NCBI GenBank assembly: GCA_905182215.1
Contig: CAJJAI010000004.1
Coordinates: 635-64,634 of the forward strand
Source: Flavobacteriales bacterium UBA6772
Lineage (GTDB): Bacteria; Bacteroidota; Bacteroidia; Flavobacteriales; UBA7430
Reading direction: 5' to 3'
DNA length: 64,000 nucleotides
Made by a program: the position numbers and the translations under genes. The first letter of the stretch is position 1. Every line of letters starts with the position of its first letter. The notes under the pieces were generated by a model. The model saw nothing but the letters and a program-made list of their open reading frames with translations, had not been told where the DNA came from and ran no database searches. Below are positions 10,198-20,453 of this stretch, piece after piece.

Positions 10198-12978
10198 ATG
10201 GAGTATAATTTTAGAAGTATAGAAGAGAAGTGGCGTAAGTATTGGGCGGAACAAAAAACGTTCAAGGCAGAAGCCAATTCAACCAAACCTAAGTACTATG
10301 TTTTAGACATGTTTCCTTACCCTTCTGGGGCGGGACTGCACGTTGGACATCCACTTGGCTATATTGCTTCTGATATCTACTCTCGTTATAAGCGATTAAA
10401 AGGCTTCAATGTATTGCACCCTATGGGATACGATGCGTTTGGATTACCTGCCGAGCAGTACGCAATTCAAACCGGACAACACCCAGCAATTACAACCAGC
10501 GAAAACATTTCTCGATATAGAGATCAATTAGACAAAATTGGTTTTTCTTTCGATTGGGACAGAGAGGTACGTACAAGCGAACCAAACTACTACAAATGGA
10601 CGCAGTGGATTTTCAAGCAGATTTTTAATGCTTGGTATTGCACTGAAGAAGATAAAGCAAAATCGATCGACTCTTTAGTTGAGCGTTTTGCTGCAGAAGG
10701 AAACGCAACAGTAAAAGCCGTTTCGGATGAAGTAGCAGTATTTACAGCGGAGCAATGGAATACAAAATCTACTAGAGAACAAGAAGAAATTTTATTGGCA
10801 TACCGATTAGCTTTCCGTTCGGAAACTATGGTAAACTGGTGTTCTGAACTGGGTACTGTTTTAGCTAACGACGAAATAAAAGACGGTCTTTCTGAGCGTG
10901 GTGGACACCCAGTTGTTCAAAAGAAAATGATGCAGTGGTCGATGCGTATTACGGCTTATGCACAGCGTATGATTGACGGCTTAGACAACCTTGATTGGAC
11001 GGATGCCATTAAAGAACAACAGAGAAATTGGATTGGTCGCTCGGAAGGAGCTTCAGTTCGTTTTGAATTGGAAAGCGACGCTTTAGCTTCAGATGAAAGT
11101 CTAGAAATAGAGGTGTTTACTACGCGTCCGGATACGATTTTTGGAGTGTCATATATGACGCTAGCACCAGAACACGAATACGTTTCTCGTATTACTACAG
11201 ACGAATACAAAGAAGCGATTACAACATATATTGACAAGACGAAAAAGCGTTCCGAACGCGATCGTATGTCGGACGTAAAAACCGTCTCTGGACAATTTAC
11301 AGGTGCTTATGTAAAGCATCCATTTACAGGAGTTAAAATTCCAGTATGGATTGGCGATTACGTATTAGCGAGTTATGGAACAGGTGCTGTAATGGCCGTT
11401 CCTGCACACGACACTCGTGATTTTGCTTTTGCAAATCATTTCGACCTACCTATTATGCAAGTTATTACTGGGTGTAATCTTCCAGAAGAATCGCACGATG
11501 GAAAAGAAGGAACGCTTTTAAATTCTGATTTCTTAAACGGATTAGAAGTGAAGGATGCTACAGCAGCTATCATTGCTAAGATTGAAGATAAAGGAATTGG
11601 TAGAGGTAAAATTCAATACCGTTTACGCGATGCCATCTTCTCTCGCCAACGATACTGGGGAGAGCCATTCCCAATTTATTTTGAAGATGGAATGCCTAAA
11701 ACAATGGAAGATAAAGATCTTCCTGTTACGCTTCCTGCAGTAGAAAAATACTTACCTACCAAAGACGGTGAGCCACCATTGGCGAGAGCCAAACATTGGG
11801 AAACTGCAGATGGAAATGCTATCGAAACGAATACGATGCCAGGATGGGCGGGTTCTTCGTGGTATTTCTTACGCTATATGGACGCTACTAACGATGGTGA
11901 GTTTGTTTCTAAAGAAGCACAGTCTTACTGGAGAAATGTGGATTTATACATCGGTGGTTCGGAACATGCAACAGGACACTTATTGTACTCGCGTTTTTGG
12001 ATGAAATTCTTATTTGACATGGGCTTTGTTTCTGAGCAAGAGCCTTTCAAAAAGATGATTAACCAAGGGATGATTTTAGGTCGCTCTAACTTTGCTTACC
12101 GTATTAAGGATACCAACACTTTTGTTTCTTACGGAATCAAAAATCAACACGATACTACGCCAATTCACGTAGATGTGAATATGGTGGAGAACGATGTTTT
12201 GGATGTGGAAGCATTTAAAGGCTGGCGTGCTGATTTTGCCAATGCAGAATTCATCCTAGAAGAGGGAGAGTACAAGTGTGGAGCAGAAGTAGAGAAGATG
12301 TCGAAATCGAAGTTTAATGTAGTTAGCCCAGACTTGATTGTTGAGAAATACGGTGCCGATACACTTCGTATGTACGAAATGTTCTTAGGTCCTTTAGAGC
12401 AATTTAAGCCTTGGAATACCAACGGAATTTCGGGTGTAAACAACTTCTTACGTAAGCTGTGGCGTTTGTTCCACGATGCTGAAAATAACTTTGTTGTTGG
12501 CGATGCCGAACCTACAAAGGAAGAATTGAAAACATTACACAGAACGATTAAGAAAGTACAGGAAGATGTGGAAGCATTCTCTTTCAATACTTCTGTAAGT
12601 ACGTTTATGGTTTGTGTAAACGAGCTTACCGCACAGCAATGTAATAAGCGTTCTATCCTCGAGCCTTTGGTGATTTTGATGTGTTCTTATGCACCTCATA
12701 TTTCTGAAGAGCTTTGGGAGTTATTAGGACGTTCTGATGGAGTTACTTACCAAGACTTCCCAAAATTCGAAGCTTCTCATTTAGTGGAGAGCTCGCATAC
12801 TTATCCAGTTTCCTTTAATGGGAAAATGCGTTTTAAAGTGGAATACGATTTAGATATGGATAGGGCAGAAATTGAAAAACAAATCTTGGCTCACGAAAAG
12901 TCAATTCACTACTTAGATGGTAAAGCCCCTAAAAAGGTGATTATCGTTCCTAAGAAGATTATCAATATTGTAGTCTAA
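10198..12978 (+). CDS. leuS: leucine--tRNA ligase
   Basis: 926 aa. [17 protein letters not shown] (HIGH region), KMSKSKFN (KMSKS), and a CP1 editing-domain-sized insertion. Confidence 0.97.
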   Translation: MEYNFRSIEEKWRKYWAEQKTFKAEANSTKPKYYVLDMFPYPSGAGLHVGHPLGYIASDIYSRYKRLKGFNVLHPMGYDAFGLPAEQYAIQTGQHPAITTSENISRYRDQLDKIGFSFDWDREVRTSEPNYYKWTQWIFKQIFNAWYCTEEDKAKSIDSLVERFAAEGNATVKAVSDEVAVFTAEQWNTKSTREQEEILLAYRLAFRSETMVNWCSELGTVLANDEIKDGLSERGGHPVVQKKMMQWSMRITAYAQRMIDGLDNLDWTDAIKEQQRNWIGRSEGASVRFELESDALASDESLEIEVFTTRPDTIFGVSYMTLAPEHEYVSRITTDEYKEAITTYIDKTKKRSERDRMSDVKTVSGQFTGAYVKHPFTGVKIPVWIGDYVLASYGTGAVMAVPAHDTRDFAFANHFDLPIMQVITGCNLPEESHDGKEGTLLNSDFLNGLEVKDATAAIIAKIEDKGIGRGKIQYRLRDAIFSRQRYWGEPFPIYFEDGMPKTMEDKDLPVTLPAVEKYLPTKDGEPPLARAKHWETADGNAIETNTMPGWAGSSWYFLRYMDATNDGEFVSKEAQSYWRNVDLYIGGSEHATGHLLYSRFWMKFLFDMGFVSEQEPFKKMINQGMILGRSNFAYRIKDTNTFVSYGIKNQHDTTPIHVDVNMVENDVLDVEAFKGWRADFANAEFILEEGEYKCGAEVEKMSKSKFNVVSPDLIVEKYGADTLRMYEMFLGPLEQFKPWNTNGISGVNNFLRKLWRLFHDAENNFVVGDAEPTKEELKTLHRTIKKVQEDVEAFSFNTSVSTFMVCVNELTAQQCNKRSILEPLVILMCSYAPHISEELWELLGRSDGVTYQDFPKFEASHLVESSHTYPVSFNGKMRFKVEYDLDMDRAEIEKQILAHEKSIHYLDGKAPKKVIIVPKKIINIVV

Positions 12979-13013
12979 AAATCCTATAAATATTATTTAT
13001 TCTACAAATACAG

Positions 13014-13046
13014 GTCCTTTCCATTTTTATGGGAGGGACTTTTTTT
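13014..13046 (+). terminator. intrinsic terminator after leuS
   Basis: Stem GTCCTTTCC / GGGAGGGAC (two G-T pairs), 8-nt loop, then TTTTTTT. Confidence 0.7.
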
Positions 13047-13305
13047 GAACGAGAAATGGGTAAAACGGTAAACGTGAATAGTAAAGCCGTAAGTCGTGAA
13101 CTTGAAACCAAATTCATCCTACTAGCGATCAGCTATTAAAACTTTTTCTTTCAAATAAGTCTTTCTATCAATAGATCGATTAAAGGTTGGGGTTTAATTA
13201 TCAATTTTTAATTACTTATTGTTAATTGAATCCATCTCTAAACGAATTGGTGAATAGAAAACCTCCATCCTCCATTTATCTCGTGTAATTTCCGATATTT
13301 GCTTC

Positions 13306-14163
13306 ATGAAAAAGAAAACCTCCTTTATAGATACACTTAGATTTCGACTGCGATTTGTAGTACTCGACGATCAGTCCTTAAAGGAGTTAAGTAGCACTAG
13401 CCTAAGTAGATTCCAAATACTTACACGCATGCTTACGGCATTATTACTCATTGCCACTCTTACCACTTTATCCATATCTTATACGCCCTTAAGAGAATTC
13501 ATTCCTGGCTACGCTCCACCTTATCTTTCTAAAGACCTAGTACGTCTTACCTCAAAAACAGACTCTTTATTGGCTGATTTAAGAATTAAAGAGCAGAAAC
13601 AATTAATGCTCGAAAGAATTTTAAAAGGTGAGTTTGTAGATGACTCAATGTTCTCGGACTCTGTTATAATAAGCACTATAAACAACGCTTCCTTAAACGC
13701 TTCACACAACGATTCTTTATTTAGAGAAGCCGTTGAAAGAGAAGACCGCTTTAATGTACTCACCGAAGAAACAGAAAAGCCAAGTAGGCTACAAAACATT
13801 GCTTTTTATGCGCCTATAAAAGGGATGATAAGCGATAAATTCGACATTCAAAAAGAACATTACGGAATTGATGTGGTAGCCCCAGAAAACGAAGCTATAA
13901 AAGCCAGTTTACCCGGCACGGTTATACTCTCTAGCTGGACTACAGAAACAGGGTATACCATAGGCATACAACACGAAAACGATTTGATTTCCTTTTACAA
14001 ACACAATTCTGTGCTCTTAAAAAGAATTGGCGAAACAGTTTTAGCAGGCGATGTAATTGCCATTATTGGAAACTCTGGCGAGCTAAGTACAGGCCCACAT
14101 TTACATTTCGAGCTTTGGCATAAAGGGAAGGCTATTAACCCAGAACACCATATTTTATTCTAA
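13306..14163 (+). CDS. M23-family metallopeptidase (membrane anchored)
   Basis: 285 aa. One N-terminal TM helix, and a C-terminal LytM domain with HYGIDV and GNSGELSTGPHLHFELW motifs. Confidence 0.85.
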   Translation: MKKKTSFIDTLRFRLRFVVLDDQSLKELSSTSLSRFQILTRMLTALLLIATLTTLSISYTPLREFIPGYAPPYLSKDLVRLTSKTDSLLADLRIKEQKQLMLERILKGEFVDDSMFSDSVIISTINNASLNASHNDSLFREAVEREDRFNVLTEETEKPSRLQNIAFYAPIKGMISDKFDIQKEHYGIDVVAPENEAIKASLPGTVILSSWTTETGYTIGIQHENDLISFYKHNSVLLKRIGETVLAGDVIAIIGNSGELSTGPHLHFELWHKGKAINPEHHILF

Positions 14164-15656
14164 TGTCTATAAAGTCTTTTTTTGGTAAAATACTTGCGAA
14201 ACGCGATGTTTCCCAAACAAAAAAATGGAGTGCTAAGCCTGTGGAAACACAGCGTAAGGTTATGCTTCAGCTACTTAATACAGCTGCACATACTGCTTTT
14301 GGAAAAGACCATGGTTTTAGCAAAATAAACAATTACGAAGACTTTAAAAACCAAGTTCCCGTAAGAGACTACGAAGGCCTGAAACCCTACATTGAAAGAG
14401 TTAAAAATGGAGAAAAAGATGTCCTTTGGAAAGGCGGTCCTATGTATTTTGCCAAAACATCGGGCACCACATCTGGGGCAAAATTTATCCCGCTTACCAA
14501 AGAGTCTTTAGCTCATCAAATAAAGGCGGCAAAAAGCGCCCTTTTACACTATATAGTAGACTCTGGAAATCACCATTTTATAAATGGTAAAATGATTTTT
14601 TTACAAGGTTCTCCGGAGCTAGATATGAATCCTAAAGTACCTAATGGAAGGCTTTCGGGTATAGTAGCCAACTTTGTTCCTTCTTATTTACAAACCAACA
14701 GACTGCCTTCCTACAAAACCAATTGTATAAAAGATTGGGAGCAAAAAATAGAGGCTATTATAGAAGAAACACTCCCAGAAGACATGCGTCTTATTAGCGG
14801 AATTCCTTCTTGGGCACAAATGTATTTTGAACGTCTACAAGCGAAAACAGGAAAAACGATTTCTGAAATATTTCCCAATTTCTCGCTCTTTGTTTTTGGT
14901 GGAGTAAACTACGAACCGTATCGAAAGAAGTTTGAAGAAATGATTGGTAAAAAAGTAGACAGCTTGGAACTATATCCAGCCTCCGAAGGGTTTATTGCCT
15001 TTCAAGATAGGCAAGACGAAAAAGGTTTGTTACTCCTTTTAGACTACGGTATATTCTATGAGTTTATTCCTGCGGATGAGTTCAACGATGAAACTCCAAC
15101 ACGCATCTCTTTAGAAGAGGTTAAAATGGGTATTAACTATGTGCTAATATTAAATACAAACGCAGGATTGTGGGGCTATAATATTGGTGACACTGTGGCC
15201 TTTACCTCATTAAAACCCTACCGCATTATTGTAACTGGTAGAATTAAACACTTTACCTCTGCTTTTGGCGAACACGTAATAGCCAAAGAAGTAGAGGAGG
15301 CTATTCGTTTAGCCATGCAACAATGTACCGAAGTAGAGCTAAGCGAGTTTACGGTTGCACCCCAAACAGAACCAACTGAAGGCTTGCCCTATCACGAATG
15401 GCTTATAGAGTTTGCTACAGAAGCTAAGGATGTGGGCTTGTTTGCAAAGCTAGTAGACGACAATCTAAAAGCGCAGAACTCTTACTACAAAGATCTTGTT
15501 GAAGGGAAAGTTCTTAGGCAACTACAAATTACCAGTCTCCCTAAAAGTTCCTTTCATAATTATATGAAATCGCAGGGTAAACTAGGAGGACAGAATAAAA
15601 TCCCTAGACTAGCGAACGATCGGAAGATTGCAGATTTTCTAGCTAAATCTTTGTAA
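14163..15656 (+). CDS. GH3 auxin-responsive-promoter family protein (acyl-adenylate-forming fold)
   Basis: 497 aa. TSGTTSGAKFIP P-loop-like motif and the overall pattern of bacterial GH3 homologs. Its start overlaps the M23 stop (TAATG). Confidence 0.8.
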   Translation: MSIKSFFGKILAKRDVSQTKKWSAKPVETQRKVMLQLLNTAAHTAFGKDHGFSKINNYEDFKNQVPVRDYEGLKPYIERVKNGEKDVLWKGGPMYFAKTSGTTSGAKFIPLTKESLAHQIKAAKSALLHYIVDSGNHHFINGKMIFLQGSPELDMNPKVPNGRLSGIVANFVPSYLQTNRLPSYKTNCIKDWEQKIEAIIEETLPEDMRLISGIPSWAQMYFERLQAKTGKTISEIFPNFSLFVFGGVNYEPYRKKFEEMIGKKVDSLELYPASEGFIAFQDRQDEKGLLLLLDYGIFYEFIPADEFNDETPTRISLEEVKMGINYVLILNTNAGLWGYNIGDTVAFTSLKPYRIIVTGRIKHFTSAFGEHVIAKEVEEAIRLAMQQCTEVELSEFTVAPQTEPTEGLPYHEWLIEFATEAKDVGLFAKLVDDNLKAQNSYYKDLVEGKVLRQLQITSLPKSSFHNYMKSQGKLGGQNKIPRLANDRKIADFLAKSL

Positions 15657-15662
15657 AAAAAC

Positions 15663-15687
15663 AAACCCCAAGCAATGCTTGAGGTTT
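15663..15687. terminator. hairpin terminator, stronger on the minus strand
   Basis: Stem AAACCCCAAGC / GCTTGAGGTTT (one mismatch), loop AATG. On the minus strand it is followed by GTTTTTT. It lies just after the GH3 stop (plus) and the small Cys-rich ORF (minus). Confidence 0.6.
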
Positions 15688-15713
15688 AGGTCTTTCTATA
15701 TATTTTAAAGCTT

Positions 15714-15836
15714 TTAAGCAAGCGACTTCGCGCACATACTTAAAGGACAAGATTTACAAGTCTTGTTTTTACGCAAATACTTTTCGCAGCACTCGCTCTT
15801 TACTTTTTTCGCCTTTTTGTCTTTGTTCTTACTCAC
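15714..15836 (-). CDS. candidate 40-aa basic cysteine-rich small protein (not in ORF track, GTG start)
   Basis: My translation: (M/V)SKNKDKKAKKVKSECCEKYLRKNKTCKSCPLSMCAKSLA*. It lies between the DUF1569-like gene stop and a minus-strand terminator, so the region is probably transcribed. There is no in-frame ATG. Confidence 0.3.
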   Translation of the reverse strand: MSKNKDKKAKKVKSECCEKYLRKNKTCKSCPLSMCAKSLA

Positions 15837-15909
15837 CTTAACTATTGGAAATCAGGTTATACGGCAAAAATAAGCTTTTTATTTTTATTTAGATTAATTC
15901 TTAATAGAT

Positions 15910-16371
15910 TTATTTAACTAATCCAAATTGTAAAAAATGATGCTGTATATGTTTGTTGTGTACACAATCCCATTGTACTTTATTAAGCTTCCCAAATACT
16001 GGATGATTAAGCGTTTCTTCTTCTATTCCTTTCCAGTAAGTATGGTAAGAGTTTAAGTAAAAAACGAGCTTACTTATTGCTTCTTGCATAGAAGAATACT
16101 TATAAGGAGAAGGGTCGATAGGTAAAAATTTAGCCACGAAGTTCTTGGGCAACAACTCCTTACTCATTAAAAATGCCAATGACTTGGGCAGGTATTTTTC
16201 TGGAGTTAAAATAAGGGTTTCTTGCTTTTTATTAGACATTTTATAAAGTACAATAAGGTGCTCTATCATTTGCTGCGCATCCATTCTACCCCACAAAGCA
16301 GTACTAGAAGAATTCAACAAACCTAAAGTCTCCTGCAGTTTTTCTTTATCATCTACCCAAGCATAAAACAT
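15910..16371 (-). CDS. DinB-superfamily / DUF1569-like protein
   Basis: 153 aa. MDAQQMIEHL near the N-terminus and HPVFGKLNKVQWDCVHNKHIQHHFLQFGL at the C-terminus resemble DUF1569. 1-nt overlap with the M28 gene. Confidence 0.45.
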   Translation of the reverse strand: MFYAWVDDKEKLQETLGLLNSSSTALWGRMDAQQMIEHLIVLYKMSNKKQETLILTPEKYLPKSLAFLMSKELLPKNFVAKFLPIDPSPYKYSSMQEAISKLVFYLNSYHTYWKGIEEETLNHPVFGKLNKVQWDCVHNKHIQHHFLQFGLVK

Positions 16372-17903
16372 TACCTTCTATTGTTTTTAAAATCGCTTTT
16401 TACATCAACCTCAATACGCTTATCTTGGTTTACCAGCTGCCAAGCAGTATGGAAAATGAGTTTAGAAATAGCAGCAATTTTTCCAAAGTGTATTTTTTCT
16501 ACTGTATCGGTAGCCTTGTGGTAATCAGCATGAACACCGTTAAAGTAAAAAATAACTGGAATATTATTCTTTGCAAAATTATAATGATCCGAGCGGTAGT
16601 AAAAGCGATTTGGGTCTTCTGGATCGTTAAAAGTATAGTCTAATTCTAACTGTGTATAATAGGTGTTCGCGTCTTCAGAAATCTGATGCAATTCTGTGCT
16701 CAGTTTATCAGCGCCTATTAAATATACGTAGTCTGGATTTCCCTCATGGTTTTCATCCATCCTTCCTATCATGTCAATATTTAAATCGGCAATGGTATTT
16801 TCTAAAGGAAAAACAGGGTTTTCTGCATAGTAAGAAGAGCCTAATAATCCCATTTCTTCTCCTGCTACAGGCATAAACAAAATAGATCTGCGAGGTCCAT
16901 TTCCGGCTGCTTTAGCTTTCGCAAAAGCTTCAGCTAATTCTAGTACTGCAACTGTTCCAGAACCATCGTCATCTGCTCCGTTATGTATAACGCCATCGTG
17001 AATACCTAGATGATCGTAATGTGCGGTAATAACCAATAGCTCTTCTTTTAAATCAGAACCTTCTAAATAACCCAATACGTTTTCTCCTTGCAATAGATTT
17101 TCTTTTACTTCTGTAGAAAAAGAACCCTTTACTTTATAAACAGGATACTTGCAGCGATTCACTTTTTTAAGTAATTTCTTAGCAGATATAACTAAGGTGT
17201 TTTTTAAATCTTCTGCATCTATAAAAGCAAAAGGAAGTTTAAACTTCGCTCCTTCAATAAACACATTTCTTTTCTCTTTGGTAAAATATGCGCTGTATCT
17301 CTTTAGTTTAGACTTCACGTTCTCGTCTACAAAAAACACGGCTTTTGCTCCGTGTTGATAGGCTTTTTCTAATTGATATTCCCAATCTATTGTTTCAATA
17401 GCGGCAATTTTAGATTTTTCTTTATCGCCTAATAAATCAATAGTAAATATCAATACAACCTTATCTTTAACATCTATAGTTCTATAATCCGAACAATCCA
17501 TTTCATCTATACCAAAACCAATACATTGAATGGATTCAAATTCTAGCGCTGTAGAACCGTAAAAAGGAGAGGTATAATAATCTTCTAAAAAAGCTAATTC
17601 CTTATTTATAGTTAAGCTACTATTTTCTAAGGTCTGATTTAAAAGAGGGAATTCCTGGTAATAGGTTTCTCCATTATAAGGAGGAATACCAATCTTCTCA
17701 AAATGACGTGCTATATAGTCGGCCGCCAACTTTTGTCCTTTTTCTCCCGTTTCTCTTCCTTCTAAAGAATCGGTTGCTAATACATACAAATGCTCTTTTA
17801 AGTCTTCAACATTTATGGTATTCGCAAAATTAATTGCAATACTATCTTGTGCAAAAGAAGAAAGGCTAAGGGTTAAGTAAATACTTAATAGAAACTTTTT
17901 CAT
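16371..17903 (-). CDS. M28-family aminopeptidase (secreted)
   Basis: 510 aa with a signal peptide. Motifs HYDHLG, GADDDGSGTVAVLELAEAF and GEEMGLLGS are the metal ligands of the M28 fold. Confidence 0.82.
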   Translation of the reverse strand: MKKFLLSIYLTLSLSSFAQDSIAINFANTINVEDLKEHLYVLATDSLEGRETGEKGQKLAADYIARHFEKIGIPPYNGETYYQEFPLLNQTLENSSLTINKELAFLEDYYTSPFYGSTALEFESIQCIGFGIDEMDCSDYRTIDVKDKVVLIFTIDLLGDKEKSKIAAIETIDWEYQLEKAYQHGAKAVFFVDENVKSKLKRYSAYFTKEKRNVFIEGAKFKLPFAFIDAEDLKNTLVISAKKLLKKVNRCKYPVYKVKGSFSTEVKENLLQGENVLGYLEGSDLKEELLVITAHYDHLGIHDGVIHNGADDDGSGTVAVLELAEAFAKAKAAGNGPRRSILFMPVAGEEMGLLGSSYYAENPVFPLENTIADLNIDMIGRMDENHEGNPDYVYLIGADKLSTELHQISEDANTYYTQLELDYTFNDPEDPNRFYYRSDHYNFAKNNIPVIFYFNGVHADYHKATDTVEKIHFGKIAAISKLIFHTAWQLVNQDKRIEVDVKSDFKNNRR

Positions 17904-17904
17904 A

Positions 17905-18336
17905 TTAACAACAAGCTATTTTATTTACTCTTTTTGCATGACGTCCACCTTCGAAATCTGTAGCTAAAAACAAGGCTGTAATTTCTTGAGCTTCTTCGTA
18001 AGAAATAAAACGTGCTGGCATGGTTAATACATTAGCGTCGTTATGAAGTCTAGCTAATTCTGCAATTTCTTTTTTCCAACACAAAGCCGAACGTACCGCT
18101 TGGTGTTTGTTTGCGCTCATATTAATACCGTTTCCGCTTCCGCAAAAAAGTATACCAAAATCTACACTTTTAGAACTTACAGCTTCTGCTACCTTATGTC
18201 CGTAATCTGGATAATCTACACTATCTTCTGTCATAGGACCTAAGTCTGTAACTTGAAAACCATTGTATTCTAAATAGCTTATTAAACGAGCTTTATAATC
18301 AACTCCAGCGTGATCTGAGGCAATAGCAATTTTCAT
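17905..18336 (-). CDS. rpiB: ribose-5-phosphate isomerase B
   Basis: Start moved to 18336 (MKIAIASDHAG). The CGSGNGINMSANK motif is typical of RpiB/LacAB. Confidence 0.9.
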   Translation of the reverse strand: MKIAIASDHAGVDYKARLISYLEYNGFQVTDLGPMTEDSVDYPDYGHKVAEAVSSKSVDFGILFCGSGNGINMSANKHQAVRSALCWKKEIAELARLHNDANVLTMPARFISYEEAQEITALFLATDFEGGRHAKRVNKIACC

Positions 18337-19011
18337 AATGTATGTTTTAGAGTACAAATATAATACATATTTGTGCTGCTTTTACCTTATAAACATTCCT
18401 AAATAAAATTGTTAATAGCCGTCGTAAAGCACTCATTTACAAATACTACTTATTAACAGTTTTTTATTAGCATAATAAAGTACTCGTTAATCGTTTCTAA
18501 AAAGTTTGTATTGCTTTTTTAAATTAGTTTTTATAAGGCAACAATTAATTGATAAAGTCAAGTCAAGTTGTTTGTTTTTTATCACTAATAAATAAGTTTA
18601 GTTAATACAGATATGAACAAAAAAAACCTAAAATAATTATTAATTAACAAGTCACTTTTACGGTTATTAACAACTGTTAATTACTCAATTAATTTACTGA
18701 TTTACAAAACTTTCTTGTGTTCATAAACACAAAAATAATGTGTAGTGTATTTTATAAATTCAATATCCTACAAGAGTGTAATTATTTTATACAAGCTATC
18801 AACAGCACATAATATATACATATATTTTCAATTTAAAAAAAAGGAGAATATTAAAAAATATACATACTATATATAAGGGTTGTTAAATTTGAATTGAGTT
18901 TTGTTAAATTTTATTTAAGTTTTGTAATTTTATAAATAAATAAGCTATTAAGAGTAGCTTTGTTTATCATTAAAAAAATTAACTATTTTAGTGCTCCCAA
19001 ATTTTAAGAAA

Positions 19012-20355
19012 ATGAAGAATTTATTTTTAGTGTTTATTGCCCTTTTATCTTTTAACTTTTCGAGTGTTTCTGAAGCTCAAACTTTAAAAGGTAAATTAAA
19101 TATTCAGCGTCAAGCAAATAAGCAAGTTGATTTATACCGAACCGAAGGGAAGTATAAATACAAAATTGATAGTACGAAAGTATTGGCTGATGGATCCTTT
19201 TCTTTTGGGTACAAAACCCATCCAAAAGGATATTATAAAATAGCTTTAGGAAATGAAAATAATATTGTGGATGTTATTTTAAACCCAACAGAATCGGTTG
19301 TTAGCTTAGCTTTTGCTCAAGTTCGTTTAGAAAAAGGTTTAACAGTTTTACAGTCTAACGAAAATAAAGCCTATTGGGAATTTAAAAAGAAAGACTCCTC
19401 AATACAGAAAAAAATAAAGGCTTTAAAACAACAAAGAGGACAGTTTAGATCTCAGGGAAACGATGCGAAAGTAAACGAGATGACTAATGAGGTAAATAAA
19501 TTAGAAAAGGAACTTTTTAGTTTTGTACAGATTGTAATAAATAAATATCCTTCTTCTTATTTTTCTGAAGCTAAGGTTGCTAGTTTAGCAAATAATCCAA
19601 CAAATAAGGCTAAATACTTTGATGATTTAGATTTTACAAATGAAAATTTTATTAGATCTGATGTTTTTGCTACACGTTTTCAAGATTATATAATTAAGCA
19701 TAGTGGTCATACCGAAGTAGGGTATTATAATGCAGTAGATGATATAATGAAAAAAGCAAAACAGAATGAAAAGGTTTTTGAATTTGCGCTTTATAATTTA
19801 CTAGATGGTTTTTACGGTTCGGGATTAGAAGATGTAGCTACTTATATTATGGAAGAATATTTTTATGGGGAAGCTTGTGGAGATATTGAAATAAACGATT
19901 TACTTCGTCAGAAAGCAGATTTAATTAAGAATTTACAAATAGGAAGTATACCTCCAGATTTCACGATAAAAAGTAATTATGGAGAAGAAGTAAATCTTAA
20001 AAATACCTGTGCCAATAATAAATATACAATTATTATGTTTTGGGCAACACACTGTCCGCACTGTATGAGAGATCTTCCTGGATTCATTCCTGTTTACAAT
20101 CAGTACAAACCAAAAGGTTTAGAAGTTATTGGAATTGCTTTAGATGTAAATCCTACAAAATGGAAAAAAGCAATTGTAGATGAAAATTTCAACTGGAAAA
20201 ATGTTTCGCAGTTTGGAAACTATAAATCGCCCGTTTGTTTAGATTATAAAATTAATAAAACGCCATCGTGGTTTGTATTAGACCGCAACATGGAAATAGT
20301 TGCCAAACCAAAAGGAAAACAAGAAGTACTCAAGTTTCTTAAAGAAAACTTTTAG
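19012..20355 (+). CDS. TlpA/AhpC-TSA-family thiol:disulfide oxidoreductase with long N-terminal extension
   Basis: Start moved to the ATG at 19012 (MKNLFLVFIALLSF signal peptide). C-terminal thioredoxin fold with FWATHCPHC (CxxC). A TAGCTTTG box at 18955-18962 lies ~50 nt upstream. Confidence 0.8.
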   Translation: MKNLFLVFIALLSFNFSSVSEAQTLKGKLNIQRQANKQVDLYRTEGKYKYKIDSTKVLADGSFSFGYKTHPKGYYKIALGNENNIVDVILNPTESVVSLAFAQVRLEKGLTVLQSNENKAYWEFKKKDSSIQKKIKALKQQRGQFRSQGNDAKVNEMTNEVNKLEKELFSFVQIVINKYPSSYFSEAKVASLANNPTNKAKYFDDLDFTNENFIRSDVFATRFQDYIIKHSGHTEVGYYNAVDDIMKKAKQNEKVFEFALYNLLDGFYGSGLEDVATYIMEEYFYGEACGDIEINDLLRQKADLIKNLQIGSIPPDFTIKSNYGEEVNLKNTCANNKYTIIMFWATHCPHCMRDLPGFIPVYNQYKPKGLEVIGIALDVNPTKWKKAIVDENFNWKNVSQFGNYKSPVCLDYKINKTPSWFVLDRNMEIVAKPKGKQEVLKFLKENF

Positions 20356-20364
20356 TAAAAAGTA

Positions 20365-20390
20365 AGCCTCGATTTATCGAGGCTTTTTTT
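20365..20390 (+). terminator. intrinsic terminator after the TlpA-like gene
   Basis: Stem AGCCTCGA / TCGAGGCT, loop TTTA, followed by TTTTTTT. Confidence 0.8.
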
Positions 20391-20453
20391 ATGAAGTTAG
20401 AAGATGAATAACATGATGTTTACTATTTAGTATATTCGCCAAAAATAACAACT

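Noticed and set aside
12165-12587. 140-aa minus-strand ORF, plus other ORFs inside leuS (10956-11237, 11555-11743, 11768-12004)
   Set aside because: All lie within the unambiguous leuS coding frame or antisense to it. None has an independent signal.
18358-18990. CRISPR-like or tandem repeat array in the long AT-rich spacer
   Set aside because: The recurring words are 5-6 nt half-sites at irregular spacing. There are no direct repeats of 20 nt or more with unique spacers, so this is not a CRISPR array.
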